A stretch of 64,000 nucleotides of DNA from an uncultured Gammaproteobacteria bacterium (GCA_963764725.1 CAVXTM010000001.1:352001-416000), one strand, 5' to 3'. Counted from the first letter of the stretch, positions 39,935 through 50,466 are shown. Translations and numbers: made by a program. The notes: generated by a model not told the origin, from the letters alone.

Positions 39935-41367
39935 TAGCCGGTTAACGCCTTTCGGCTTCGCCGCAGCGGTTCGCGTCGCACCGAGCCGTTCGCGTGCGGG
40001 CTATTGCGCAAGGAGCTTATGAAGCTCTCGCACCAGGTGCGGATCGTTTGAGTACGGATGGGAGCGATCATCGATTCCCACCGTGCCCGACGTTCGGCCA
40101 GCGCCATCAACAGGCCTTGGTGCAAGGCTTCCGTGATCTGGTCGATGTCAAATGGATTCACGATGAGCGCGCCGTCTAGCTCCCGCGCGGCACCGGCGAA
40201 GCGGGAGAGAATCAGTACGCCTGGATCCTCGGGGTCTTGTGCCGCAACGTATTCCTTGGCGACGAGGTTCATGCCGTCGCGCAAGGGCGTCACGAGCCCG
40301 ACTTGGCTCAAACGATAGAACCCCGCGAGCATCTTTTGCGACAAGGTCTTGTTGAGATAGCGAATGGGTGCCCAATCGAATTCCGCGTAGGTGCCATTGA
40401 TGCGTCCTGCGGTCTGCTCGATCTGCTGACCCAGTTGGCGGTATTGCGCGACGTCGGTCCGCGAGCGCGGAGCGATTTGCAGCAGCGTGACGTGGGTGCG
40501 ATGCTCCGGCCAGTTGGCGAGCAGCTTTTCGTAGGCCGTAAACCGGTTCGGTAGACCCTTGCTGGGGTCGAGGCGGTCGACACCAATGATCAAGTGTCGA
40601 CCCGCTAGGCTCTGCTGCAAACGCCGTGTCTCGCGGGAGCTGGCTGCGCTGGCGGCCATGCGAGCGAATCGATTCGTATCGATGCCAATCGGGAAAACCG
40701 CGGCGCGTGAGTTGCGCCCAAAGGCCGTGAAGCGACCATCGGCTAAGAGTTTCCCCTCAGCCTTGTTGACGATGTAATACTGGAAGGCGCGTAGGTCTTG
40801 GTCCGTCTGAAAACCGACTAGGTCATACGTGCAGAGTGCCTCGACCAGCGTTTCGTGGCAGGGCAGGAGCTCTAGCACGGAGGCCGCGGAGAACGGCGTG
40901 TGAAAGAAGAAACCAATGCGGTTCCTGAGTCGCAACTGACGTAGCTCATTGCCGAAGGGGATGAGATGATAGTCATGCACCCAGACCAGATCATCGGCTT
41001 GCACGAGCGGTGCGAGCGCCTTTGCGAACGTGTTGTTGACCCGCAGATAGCCCTCAAAGTCCTTGCGGCGGAACTCCAATATCCCAAGGCGGTAATGGAA
41101 CAGGGGCCACAGCGTGGTGTTGGAAAATCCGCTGTAGTAATGCGCGTGATCATCGTGGCCCAGATTGATCGTCGCATAGGTAACATGCCCCGAAGACACG
41201 ATCTGCGGCGCTGTTGAGGTCTCCTCCGCTACCTCGCCACTCCATCCAAACCACAAGCCACCATAACGGCGCAAGGCATACCCCACGCCCAGTGCGAGCC
41301 CGCCGGCGCGGGCGCTGCGCTCGCGCGGTAGGATCACCCGGTTTGAGACGATCACCAGTTTCGCCAA
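39934..41367 (-). CDS. otsA: Trehalose-6-phosphate synthase
   Basis: LVIVSNRV, WVHDYHL, GVDRLD.SKG, RDGMNLVAKEY; TTG start after GGAGG. Confidence 0.95.
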   Translation of the reverse strand: MAKLVIVSNRVILPRERSARAGGLALGVGYALRRYGGLWFGWSGEVAEETSTAPQIVSSGHVTYATINLGHDDHAHYYSGFSNTTLWPLFHYRLGILEFRRKDFEGYLRVNNTFAKALAPLVQADDLVWVHDYHLIPFGNELRQLRLRNRIGFFFHTPFSAASVLELLPCHETLVEALCTYDLVGFQTDQDLRAFQYYIVNKAEGKLLADGRFTAFGRNSRAAVFPIGIDTNRFARMAASAASSRETRRLQQSLAGRHLIIGVDRLDPSKGLPNRFTAYEKLLANWPEHRTHVTLLQIAPRSRTDVAQYRQLGQQIEQTAGRINGTYAEFDWAPIRYLNKTLSQKMLAGFYRLSQVGLVTPLRDGMNLVAKEYVAAQDPEDPGVLILSRFAGAARELDGALIVNPFDIDQITEALHQGLLMALAERRARWESMIAPIRTQTIRTWCESFISSLRNSPHANGSVRREPLRRSRKALTG

Positions 41368-43148
41368 AAGGCTTCCTCCCAAGTCTTGCTGAGCCGCATG
41401 GCCGAGACGATGAGGCCGACCATCGAGTAAGTCTGTGGATAGTTGCCCCAGAGCTCGCCTGTCGCGGGATCGATATCCTCGGAGAGCAGGCCGAGGTAGT
41501 TACGACACGAAAGCACATGCTCGAAGATCTCACGGGCCTCATCACGACGACCGATCGCGGCGAGCGCGTCGATGTACCACAGCGTACAGACGGCGAACGC
41601 GGTCTCCGGTAGACCGAAGTCGTCGGTTGCGGCATAGCGCAACAGATACCTGCCCTTCAACAAATGCCGCTCGACGGCCGCCACGGTTCCGAGGAAGCGG
41701 GGATCGGCGGCGGATACGAATCCGACTTCATGCAACAGCAACAGGCTCGCGTCGAGGTCCTTGCCGTCGAAGCTTTCTACGAAGCTCTGCTCCTCGCTGT
41801 TCCAGGCCCGCTCCAGGATCGTGCGGCGCAGCCGGTCAGCCTGCTCCCACCAATACACGCTACGTTCTGCTAGACCTAGGCGGGTCGCGATGCGCGCGAG
41901 CCGACTGCACGCCGCCCAGCACATGACGCTCGAAAAGGTGTGTACGCGGGTCCGCCCGCGATATTCCCAGAGGCTCGAGTCGGGCTCGAGTCCGAGCAAC
42001 ACCGCCTGATTGCCGAGCTTCTCGAGGATCTGAAACAGAGCGATGTCGCCGGGGCGTGGCAGGCGCTGATCAAAAAACATCTGCGCCGCCGCCATGACGA
42101 CGCTGCCATAGGCGTCATGCTGGGCCTGCGCGGCCGCGGCATTGCCGACCCGAACCGGTCCCATGCCGCGGTAGCCGTCGAGGCCCTCGACGATGCACTC
42201 CTCGAGCGAGGTACCGGGCACGATCGGGTAGAGCGGCTTCAAGCGTCCTTCGGGCTCGAGCGCGGTGATGTTGGCGATGAACCGGATGTAGTTTTCCATC
42301 GTGCGGGTCGCGCCCAGGCGATTGAGCGCGTGCACGACGAAATATGCGTCGCGCGGCCAGCAGTAGCGGTAGTCCCAGTTGCGCTCTGTGTTGGGCGCCT
42401 CGGGAATAGAGGTGGTCAGAGCCGCGACGATTGCGCCGGTCTCGTCGAAGCTGCAGAGCTTGAGCGTGATTGCCGCGCGCAGCACCACGTCCTGCCACTC
42501 AAAGGGCACCGTAAGGTAGCGACACCAGTCATGCCAGTAGTCCACGGTCTGCTCGAGATAGTCCCGCACCATGACGTCGATCGCCTCGCTCGGCGAGTCA
42601 TCCGGGCCGAGGACGAGATGGGCGGGAGTCTGTAAGGCGAACTTGACCTCCTCGGCGATGTAGGTCACCGAGACATCGGTGGTGATGCGCAGGGAAAGAT
42701 CGGGCGAAAAAAAGCTCAGATGATTGCTCTCCAGCCTGCGCTCGGGCTCGACGGCGCCATAACCGAAGCGCGGCCTGGCGCGGATGCGGATCAGGCATGT
42801 CCCGCTCACGGGCTCGATCTTGCGCACGAGCATCGGCGGGCGCGCGATGCGGGCGTAGTGCTTGAACCGGGGCGCAAAATCGGTGATCCGGATCGTCGCG
42901 CCGGACGCGTCGGTGAGCGTGGTGACGAGGACGGCGGAATTGCCCCAATAGGACTGCTGAGTTGAGGCGAGTCCTTCAAGCTCGACGTCAAGGAAACCAT
43001 CGGCCGCATCACCGCGGTCGCGCAGCAGACTGCAAAACACGGGATCTCCGTCAAGACGCGGATAACAACACCAGACATAGCGGCCGCGTTGATTGATCAA
43101 GGCCCCCAGCATGCAGTTGCCGATCACGGCGAGATTCAAGTCTTGCAT
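41352..43148 (-). CDS. Glycoside hydrolase family 15 (trehalase/glucoamylase-like)
   Basis: RNWDYRYCWPRD, VRVGNAA, GLLSED, WGNYPQTYS. Confidence 0.93.
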   Translation of the reverse strand: MQDLNLAVIGNCMLGALINQRGRYVWCCYPRLDGDPVFCSLLRDRGDAADGFLDVELEGLASTQQSYWGNSAVLVTTLTDASGATIRITDFAPRFKHYARIARPPMLVRKIEPVSGTCLIRIRARPRFGYGAVEPERRLESNHLSFFSPDLSLRITTDVSVTYIAEEVKFALQTPAHLVLGPDDSPSEAIDVMVRDYLEQTVDYWHDWCRYLTVPFEWQDVVLRAAITLKLCSFDETGAIVAALTTSIPEAPNTERNWDYRYCWPRDAYFVVHALNRLGATRTMENYIRFIANITALEPEGRLKPLYPIVPGTSLEECIVEGLDGYRGMGPVRVGNAAAAQAQHDAYGSVVMAAAQMFFDQRLPRPGDIALFQILEKLGNQAVLLGLEPDSSLWEYRGRTRVHTFSSVMCWAACSRLARIATRLGLAERSVYWWEQADRLRRTILERAWNSEEQSFVESFDGKDLDASLLLLHEVGFVSAADPRFLGTVAAVERHLLKGRYLLRYAATDDFGLPETAFAVCTLWYIDALAAIGRRDEAREIFEHVLSCRNYLGLLSEDIDPATGELWGNYPQTYSMVGLIVSAMRLSKTWEEAFWRNW

Positions 43149-43211
43149 GGGGCCTCCGCTGCGTGGGCCACCCCAGGCCCCGGTGGTAGGTGGGGGCGCG
43201 CGAGTAGACTT

Positions 43212-43575
43212 TCATCCATCACGGACCTCCTGGACATTGGTTATAAGTGGCATTACCAGCGCTTGTTCGATGAATCTTCGGATCTCCTCGACGCGGCGCT
43301 GCGAATTCACCTCGATGGTGAGGCGGTGTCCGTCGATCTTGATGGCTCCAAGCACCCTGTTTTCCCAGCCGCAGTACTGGGCATTACCACGCTTCAACCA
43401 CGAAAAGTGGACAGTTACGAGATTCCCTTGCGCGTTTCGTACGGCATCGCTCCGCAGATTCTCGTCGGTCTCATCAAGGCAGAGGTGCTTGAGCGCATCG
43501 AAGGCTCCCTGCGGTGAGTGGATGTCGTAGACCAGTTTTTGCAGAGAGAGCGTATCGCTATCCGTATTTTGCAGC
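43212..43575 (-). pseudogene. Internal fragment of a larger hypothetical protein (resembles SEC-C-associated proteins)
   Basis: NTDSDTLSLQKLVYDI..AFDALKHL..VLGAIKIDGHRLTIEVNS; no credible start. Confidence 0.4.
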
Positions 43576-43721
43576 CCACTGCGCGCCAAGACATTTAGCA
43601 CTCTTGCGTCCGAACGCTCGACGGTTTCGCGGAGAGTAGCACGACGAGCGCGCTCTTGTGAAATAGACCGGTTGTATCGAGCGAGGGACCCGGCACATGA
43701 CACGCGCCGGTTCTGTCACCT

Positions 43722-44024
43722 CTAACGGCTGAGGCGGGCCACCAGAACACTTATCGACAGGTAGTTTACCGTGGAGCCGCCGACGCCACTAACGTAAAGT
43801 GCAAGCACAATAGCTCCAAACACAGGAAGGTTCTCGATGCAGTTCGCGTGAGCCCGCATCGAGCGCCGATACCAGTCCTCACCCTCGACCTGATTAGCCC
43901 GGAAATCGCGGATCGGAACTCGTCCGCTAAGAATTCGACTCCAGGGATACACCCCAACAGTTGAAAGTAGCAAAAGCACTGTCCACGCCGCGAACCCGAG
44001 CAACATCCACATCGGTACCGTCAT
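43722..44024 (-). pseudogene. MAPEG-family cassette gene, 3' truncated
   Basis: RSMRAHANCIENLPVFG; stops at ..VARLSR before the last helix; GGAGG RBS just after the attC. Confidence 0.75.
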
Positions 44025-44051
44025 AGATGAGCCTCCCATTTCAGATGTGGC

Positions 44052-44153
44052 CATAAACGTTTGACATGAGCGGCACACAACGGCGGCACGGCGCCAGACG
44101 GAGCGCACCATTGTGCCCCGCCGTTGTGTGTCCGTTCGATGGAAGGGTTAGGG
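44052..44153 (-). mobile_element. Integron attC recombination site
   Basis: CCCTAAC-N5-CAT(C)GAAC-GG(A)CACACAACGGCGG...CCGCCGTTGTGTGCC-GCTCATG-TCAAAC-GTTTATG: R and L boxes with two extrahelical bases. Confidence 0.88.
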
Positions 44154-44176
44154 TACATTCTCGCGCACACTTCGAC

Positions 44177-44425
44177 TCAGCTGCTTTCGATGCGAACCAG
44201 CTTCATGCGCCCGGAGGCACCGCTTTTGATGGAAACGGCGGACTTTCGGCAGGCGAAGTGCTTGGCGACCAATGCAATGAGTTCTTCGTTGGCCCTTCCG
44301 TCTATGGGCGGTGACTTGAGTTGAGCAAGCCATACGTCGGGGCTTGTTTCCTCCAGGACGCTGATGCGCGCGCTGGGCTTGACCTTCACCTGAATCACCT
44401 TGACGGTGCTCGTGCCTGTGCTCAA
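44177..44425 (-). CDS. DUF167 (YggU/UPF0235) protein, integron cassette gene
   Basis: VKVKPSA..PPIDGRANEELI..GASGRMKLVRI. Confidence 0.88.
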   Translation of the reverse strand: MSTGTSTVKVIQVKVKPSARISVLEETSPDVWLAQLKSPPIDGRANEELIALVAKHFACRKSAVSIKSGASGRMKLVRIESS

Positions 44426-44467
44426 CGCGCTCTCCGCTACAAGACAATTGGGGCCGACACTCTGTGT

Positions 44468-44500
44468 GCCCTAACTGTTATGCGAACAGAACATCATTCC
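44468..44500 (-). mobile_element. attI-like core site at head of cassette array
   Basis: GTTCGCATAACA-GTTAGGGC; GTTAGGG is the exact complement of the cassette's CCCTAAC; no attC palindrome upstream. Confidence 0.55.
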
Positions 44501-44796
44501 ATCTATCTCTTCCCGCAATAGTCTGGTCGTAGCCCAAAAAGAGAATAGGCAGTAGCCGACCCTTTCCGGCCAAACGCGAATGGTTAGCGCTTTTCCGCTA
44601 AGCGGACACACGCAAGCAGTTCAATCTTGGCGAGCTTATCCTGGCTCACGCCCTGAAAATCGCGTGATCGGATAGTTTTCGCGCACCACAGACCCCTCCG
44701 CTGTTTCTGTGCGTTCCGCCGCTAAACACCGGTACCCTCATGACGGATTTACAACGCGGTCCTGGAACAGAATGCTTCCGGTGCTTTTATCGCGGA

Positions 44797-45060
44797 TCAG
44801 GTATACGAACGGGTGATCGGCGCGGAACGTGGCCCGCGGCGGGCGCCCTGGACTTCCTTCCTGAGGGTGCCGAACGCAGGGTGCAGCCGCCCCTGATCGA
44901 GTGAGAAGTGCATGGTCTTGGCCATCTGCGTCGCGGTCTCGCCACGAGTGCCAGCGTAGGTCATGGCGAGCACGTTGGAGATACTGTAAGGCGAGAAGAA
45001 CAGGGTGCCGTCCTGTTGGGCCAGCCGACCATACAAGTCGAGGGCGAAGGTGTTGCTGTC
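44797..45060 (-). pseudogene. Serpin N-terminal fragment
   Basis: SNTFALDLYGRL..LFFSPYSISNVLAMTYAGTRGETATQMAKTMHF. Confidence 0.8.
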
Positions 45061-45108
45061 ATTAGATTGCCTAGCTGTAGCTTTTGTTGGATGGCCTTGG
45101 AGCCTAGG

Positions 45109-46464
45109 CTATTTCCCGACGCAAAACGTAGAAAAAATTTCACCTAAAAGCTCTTCGCTAGTAAAATCGCCGGTGATTTCACTTAAGGCTTGCTGGGCCA
45201 GGCGCAGGTGTTCCGCCACGAGCTCCGGTCCGCGCGCGGCGAGGAACGCCTCTTGGGCGTCTTGTACGCACGCCTGTACCCGCCGCAGGGCATCCACATG
45301 GCGCTTGCGCGCACTGAAGGCACCGGCGGAAGCTTCATGGTAATCCACGCAGCTCTTTAAATACTGCTCGAGGAGCTCCACGCCGGCGCCCGTCTTCGCC
45401 GAGAGATAGACCGCATCACCGCCGGGCACAGCGAGCGCAGCTGGCTCCACGCCGATGAGGTCGATCTTGTTGTGTACCCACGTCAGGCGCGCACCCGCGG
45501 GAAGCCCCTCGATTGGATCGCCGGGATCGCGGGCTCCGGGATCGCTCGCGTCAAGCACGAAGAGCACGTGATCTGCTTGGGCGACCACCGTGCGGGTGCG
45601 CCGGATCCCCTCACTTTCAACCGGGTCGGACGTGGCGCGCAAGCCCGCAGTATCGGTGAAATGGAACGGCATCCCGCCGAGGCTGATCTCGACGTGGATC
45701 GCATCGCGCGTGGTGCCGGCCACGGCAGTCACGATCGCGCAATCTTCGCGCGCCAAGCGATTCAAGAGACTCGATTTGCCGACATTCGGGGGGCCTGCGA
45801 TCACTACCCGCACACCATCGGTGAGCATTCGCCCGAGTGTCGCCTGCGTGATCAGCCTGGCGGTCGCACTGAGGGCGCCCTCCAGTTGTTCGCCCAAACC
45901 CGCCGAATCCACTGCGTCGATCTCCTCCTCGGGGAAATCGAGTATCCCTTCTAGATGTACCCGTACCGCGACGAGCTGCCCGAGGATCTCGCGCACGCGC
46001 GCCGAGAACTCCCCTTCCAAGGAGCGTAGAGCGGCGCGCGCGGTTTCGGCCGTCGCGCTATCGATGAGATCCGCGATGGCCTCGGCTTGAGTGAGATCAA
46101 GTTTGCCGTTCAGGAAAGCGCGTTCCGAAAATTCTCCGGGGTGCGCCAGCCGGGCACCGAGGCTCGATACCCTTTGCAGCAGCAGGTCCAGCACCACTGG
46201 GCTGCCATGAGCATGCAATTCTAAAACGTCTTCGCCGGTATAAGAATGCGGTGCTTCGTAAAGCAGAGCGATCCCTTGATCCAGCGTTTCGCCGTCAGTC
46301 CCCACAAAGCACGCATAGGTCGCGACGCGCGGCGAGAGTGGCCGGCGAATGATGTTATCGGCAATTACGCGGGCCAATGGCCCCGAGATACGCACAATCC
46401 CGACACCTCCCCGTCCGGGCGGGGAGGCGATGGCGGTTATGGTATCCCGTTCAGGGGCTACCAC
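45109..46464 (-). CDS. mnmE: tRNA modification GTPase MnmE
   Basis: GRGGVGIVRISG, GPPNVGKSS, GTTRD, DTAG, FCVGK. Confidence 0.98.
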   Translation of the reverse strand: MVAPERDTITAIASPPGRGGVGIVRISGPLARVIADNIIRRPLSPRVATYACFVGTDGETLDQGIALLYEAPHSYTGEDVLELHAHGSPVVLDLLLQRVSSLGARLAHPGEFSERAFLNGKLDLTQAEAIADLIDSATAETARAALRSLEGEFSARVREILGQLVAVRVHLEGILDFPEEEIDAVDSAGLGEQLEGALSATARLITQATLGRMLTDGVRVVIAGPPNVGKSSLLNRLAREDCAIVTAVAGTTRDAIHVEISLGGMPFHFTDTAGLRATSDPVESEGIRRTRTVVAQADHVLFVLDASDPGARDPGDPIEGLPAGARLTWVHNKIDLIGVEPAALAVPGGDAVYLSAKTGAGVELLEQYLKSCVDYHEASAGAFSARKRHVDALRRVQACVQDAQEAFLAARGPELVAEHLRLAQQALSEITGDFTSEELLGEIFSTFCVGK

Positions 46465-46566
46465 GTGGCAAGGCCAGCACGAACATGACTGGCGGCAGTC
46501 TCAATACCGAAAGCGCACGAAGACTAACGGGAACCGCCCGTCGCACAGGCATGCTCCGGCGCGCTT

Positions 46567-48222
46567 CTAACCTGCCTTAGCCGGGTGTGCCGCTTCGCCA
46601 TATTGCTTGTTGATCAACCATTGCTGGCCGATCGACAGTACGTTGTTTGCAAGCCAATAGAGGACCAACCCCGAAGGGAAAAACGAGAAAAAAACAGTAA
46701 GCACGATGGGCAGAAGCTGCATGACTTTCTGCTGCATGGGGTCGATTGGAGTCGGATTAAGCTTATATTGTATAAGCATAGTGGCACCCATTAGCACCGG
46801 TAGAACAAAAAACGGATCGGGTGCAGACAGGTCTTTTATCCAGAACCCGAACGGCGCTTGGCGTAATTCCACGCTTTCAAGCAACACCCAGTATAAAGCG
46901 ATAAAGACCGGGATCTGCACGAGGATTGGCAGGCAGCCACCAAAGGGATTGACCTTCTCTTCTTTGTAAAGCTCCATGACGGCTTGATTCATTTTCATGC
47001 GGTCGTCTTCGTGACGCTCGCGCAGTGCCTGCAAGCGGGGCTGGAGCTTCTTCATCTTCGCCATCGAGCGATAGCTTGCCGCGGATAATTGAAAGAACAT
47101 CACTTTCAAAATGACCGTCACACCCACGATGGCCCAACCCCAGTTGCCGGTGAAGCGGTGAAGCTGCTCCAACAACCAAAAAATCGGCTTACCTATGAAC
47201 CATAGCACGCCGTAGTCCACCGTGAGCTCAAGCCCGGGAGCAATCTTCTCGAGGCTGTGCTGAAGCTTTGGGCCTAAGAAAATCCTCATGTCGATCGCAT
47301 CATCTGCCCCGGAGGGGACGGTCACTTCCGGCCCATAGAGGCCGATCAGATAGCGTTTCCCGTCGTCCAAAATCTTCGAATAATAGTGGAAAATCTCCTT
47401 AGGATCGGGAACTAGCGCAACGACGAAATAGTGCTGCAGCATCGCTGCCCAACCGTTAGCGACATCGCGTTCTATAGGCTTTTCCTGCATGTCATCGAAA
47501 TCGATCTTCTCGTAAGGCTTTTCCGGGCTCGAGATGGCGGCCCCAGTATAGGTATAAATAAAACCGGCCCTCGACTCTGAATGGCTGCGCTGAAGCTGGC
47601 CATAAACGCGGCCGGCCCAAGGGTTGGGTCCCTCGTTTGCAATTTCATAGCGCAGGTTGACGAGATAGCTACCGCGCTCGAACGTGTAGATCTTCCGTAC
47701 CGTAAGTCCTTGCACCGGACCCCAGGTAAATACGACTTTTAGCGAATTCTTGGCGTTTTCCAAGTCGTAAGCGCTTTGCTCGCTCCGATATTCGCTGTGA
47801 TGATCCGGGGCAACATCCGCGCTTCTTAACCCTCCTTGCACAACGAACGTTAGCGATTCGCTCCGGTCAAGTAAAACAAACGGTTTATCAGAGGCGTCCA
47901 CGGACACGGGAAATTCAAGCAGCTTCGCTTTTTCGATGACCGCGCCGATCTTGTTAATGTTGAGATCCAGGACATCGGTTCTGACCCGGACGTACGAATC
48001 CTCCTTGCCTTCCGGCTCGGCCTCTTCATCGGAAACCGCTGCGCTAGCCTCCTTACCGTGCTCTATGGTGGGAATGTCGGCCTCCTTAGGTGCCGTAGTC
48101 TCACCGGTTGTTGATCGTGGCCATGGGGATTCGAGGCTACCGTAATCACGCTGCCAGGCCTGCCAAATAAGCAGGGAAATAATACATAGCCCTGCGATCA
48201 TCAGTAATCTAACGTTATCCAT
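46567..48222 (-). CDS. yidC: Membrane protein insertase YidC
   Basis: VDYGVLWFI, NWGWAI, NPFGGCLP, PSGLVLYW. Confidence 0.98.
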   Translation of the reverse strand: MDNVRLLMIAGLCIISLLIWQAWQRDYGSLESPWPRSTTGETTAPKEADIPTIEHGKEASAAVSDEEAEPEGKEDSYVRVRTDVLDLNINKIGAVIEKAKLLEFPVSVDASDKPFVLLDRSESLTFVVQGGLRSADVAPDHHSEYRSEQSAYDLENAKNSLKVVFTWGPVQGLTVRKIYTFERGSYLVNLRYEIANEGPNPWAGRVYGQLQRSHSESRAGFIYTYTGAAISSPEKPYEKIDFDDMQEKPIERDVANGWAAMLQHYFVVALVPDPKEIFHYYSKILDDGKRYLIGLYGPEVTVPSGADDAIDMRIFLGPKLQHSLEKIAPGLELTVDYGVLWFIGKPIFWLLEQLHRFTGNWGWAIVGVTVILKVMFFQLSAASYRSMAKMKKLQPRLQALRERHEDDRMKMNQAVMELYKEEKVNPFGGCLPILVQIPVFIALYWVLLESVELRQAPFGFWIKDLSAPDPFFVLPVLMGATMLIQYKLNPTPIDPMQQKVMQLLPIVLTVFFSFFPSGLVLYWLANNVLSIGQQWLINKQYGEAAHPAKAG

Positions 48223-48227
48223 CTATC

Positions 48228-48449
48228 CTAACCCTTAGCACGTGGTACCGGATCAACCCCTCCGGGGTGAAACGGATGACAATTGCATATACGTTTTATA
48301 GTCAAGCGAAGTCCCCGCGCTATACCATGTAATGCGATTGCCTCGGCGGCATATTGCGAACAACTCGGGTGGAAGCGGCAGTGCCGCCCCATGAACGGGC
48401 TCACGACCCTCGTGTAGAGGCTAATGACGGAAATCAAAACTCTCTGCAT
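48228..48449 (-). CDS. yidD: Membrane protein insertion efficiency factor YidD
   Basis: CRFHPSCSQY, CHPFHPGGVDPVP. Confidence 0.95.
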   Translation of the reverse strand: MQRVLISVISLYTRVVSPFMGRHCRFHPSCSQYAAEAIALHGIARGLRLTIKRICNCHPFHPGGVDPVPRAKG

Positions 48450-48787
48450 CGCGCGACACGAGCCCAATGGAAGTCAAGTAGATCACGGAACTGCATCCCG
48501 GTGAGCTCGCACGCGGGTTTACGAACTATGACTAGCGTATCGAAGCCGGCAGCAAGCTTTGGCTTGTGGTGGCGGAAGAACTCACGCACACGTCGTTTTA
48601 ATCGATTCCTCTTTACCGCAAGGCGAACCTGTTTTTTCGGAACTGCTATACCCAACCTGGCTCGGGTCAATCCATTGCGGCACCTAAGCACCATTACGTA
48701 GCGGTCGCTAGATTTGCATCGAGCCGAAACAAGGCGTTGGAAATCCCGACGCTCTTTGACTCTATCGTCCGCAGAAAAGGATACTAG
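48434..48787 (-). CDS. rnpA: RNase P protein component (start codon uncertain)
   Basis: RLGIAVPKK, AVKRNRLKRRVRE; frame extends upstream through FSADDRVKERRDFQRL without ATG/GTG/TTG. Confidence 0.88.
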   Translation of the reverse strand, partial: LVSFSADDRVKERRDFQRLVSARCKSSDRYVMVLRCRNGLTRARLGIAVPKKQVRLAVKRNRLKRRVREFFRHHKPKLAAGFDTLVIVRKPACELTGMQFRDLLDFHWARVARCREF

Positions 48788-48807
48788 GGCCCTCGCTTGC
48801 TTATTAG

Positions 48808-48942
48808 TTAGGCCGTCAATCGCTTGCGGCCTTTTGCACGCCTGGCCTTGATCACTGACCGCCCGGCCTTGGTTCTTATCCGAGCACGGAAACCATGCGT
48901 CCTCTTACGCTTGATTTTGCTCGGTTGGTAAGTACGTTTCAT
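48808..48942 (-). CDS. rpmH: 50S ribosomal protein L34
   Basis: [44 protein letters not shown] (44 aa, below ORF cutoff). Confidence 0.98.
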   Translation of the reverse strand: MKRTYQPSKIKRKRTHGFRARIRTKAGRSVIKARRAKGRKRLTA

Positions 48943-49134
48943 GACAAAGTACCAGGGATAACTGGCATGCAAAATAAGCGTGAGATGTTGTACGAATAAG
49001 CTTGGTCTGTCAAATCATGATGGTTTCTCCTCATAAAGATAAAGCCACCGCGGGCTGGCTAGGTACCATGAATCGGGTATAAACTTTTCAGCATCCTACT
49101 CGTTTCTATAACACATCATATAGAGGAAGGTTCT

Positions 49135-50466
49135 ATGGGGGGATCTCTGTGGCAACACTGCCTCGCCAAACTAGAGTGCGAATTACCACCACAACAATTC
49201 AGCACCTGGATTAGACCTCTCCATGCGGTGGAAGAGGGCCAAAATCTCAAGTTGCTAGCCCCCAACCGGTTCGTACTTGAGTGGATCAAGGACAGGTACC
49301 TTGAGCGGATAATAGACCTCGTCACTCATCTTCCAGAAGCCCAGGGCGTGAAGGTCTACCTCTCGGTCGGGAGCCATTCGGGGCGGACCTTGGCAGGTAA
49401 AATGCCGCATTATTTGCCCAAGAGTAGCAACCCGGATGCCCCGATTAACCGTGGACTAAAACCAGGCTTTACCTTCGAGACCTTCGTCGAGGGCAAATCC
49501 AACCAGCTTGCGCGAGCCGCGTCCCTGCAGGTCGCCGAGAATCCAGGAGCCGCATATAATCCACTTTTTATCTGCGGTGGGGTTGGGCTCGGCAAGACGC
49601 ACTGCATGCATGCAGTCGGAAACATGATTTGCCGGATCCGCCCAAATGCGAATGTTGTATACCTGCACTCCGAACGCTTCGTCGCAGATATGGTAAAGGC
49701 ACTGCAACACAACACGATCAACGACTTCAAGCGTTTCTATCGATCCGTCGATGCCTTGCTAATCGATGATATTCAGTTTTTTGCGGGCAAGGAGCGCTCT
49801 CAGGAGGAGTTCTTCCATACCTTCAATGCTCTGCTCGAAGGTCAACAACAAATTGTTCTAACGTGTGATCGTTACCCGAAAGAGGTCCAAGGCGTCGAGG
49901 AACGACTAAAATCGCGCTTTGGATGGGGTCTTATGGTTGCCATTGAACCCCCGGAACTAGAAACCCGCGTTGCAATTCTAATGATCAAGGCTGAATTGGC
50001 TCGAATCGTGCTTTCTTACGAGGTTGCTTTTTTTATCGGGAAGCGCTTTCGCTCCAATGTGAGGGAGTTGGAAGGCGCGCTGCATCGTGTCATTGCAAAC
50101 TCTCAATTCACCGGACGACCCATAACTCTCGAATTCGCAAAGGATGCCTTAAAAGACCTACTTGCGTTAAACGACAAACTGGTAACGATCGATAGCATCC
50201 AAAAAACCGTAGCGGACTTTTACAAAACACGCGTGTCCGACCTAGTATCGCACCGCCGCAATCGCTCTATCGCGCGTCCTCGGCAAATCGCGATCGCATT
50301 ATCCAAAGACTTGACTAATCATAGCCTTCCGGAGATCGGCGATGCTTTTGGAGGTAGAGATCACACCACCGTTCTGCATGCGTGCCGAAAAGTATCCGAA
50401 TTACGCAAGCTCGAACAACGCTTTGACGACGATTACTTAACACTTTATAGGATCCTGACCACATGA
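49135..50466 (+). CDS. dnaA: Chromosomal replication initiator DnaA
   Basis: [37 protein letters not shown]. Confidence 0.99.
   Translation: MGGSLWQHCLAKLECELPPQQFSTWIRPLHAVEEGQNLKLLAPNRFVLEWIKDRYLERIIDLVTHLPEAQGVKVYLSVGSHSGRTLAGKMPHYLPKSSNPDAPINRGLKPGFTFETFVEGKSNQLARAASLQVAENPGAAYNPLFICGGVGLGKTHCMHAVGNMICRIRPNANVVYLHSERFVADMVKALQHNTINDFKRFYRSVDALLIDDIQFFAGKERSQEEFFHTFNALLEGQQQIVLTCDRYPKEVQGVEERLKSRFGWGLMVAIEPPELETRVAILMIKAELARIVLSYEVAFFIGKRFRSNVRELEGALHRVIANSQFTGRPITLEFAKDALKDLLALNDKLVTIDSIQKTVADFYKTRVSDLVSHRRNRSIARPRQIAIALSKDLTNHSLPEIGDAFGGRDHTTVLHACRKVSELRKLEQRFDDDYLTLYRILTT

Noticed and set aside
44500-44800. intI remnant divergent from the attI-like site
   Set aside because: No tyrosine-recombinase or IntI motifs recognisable by eye
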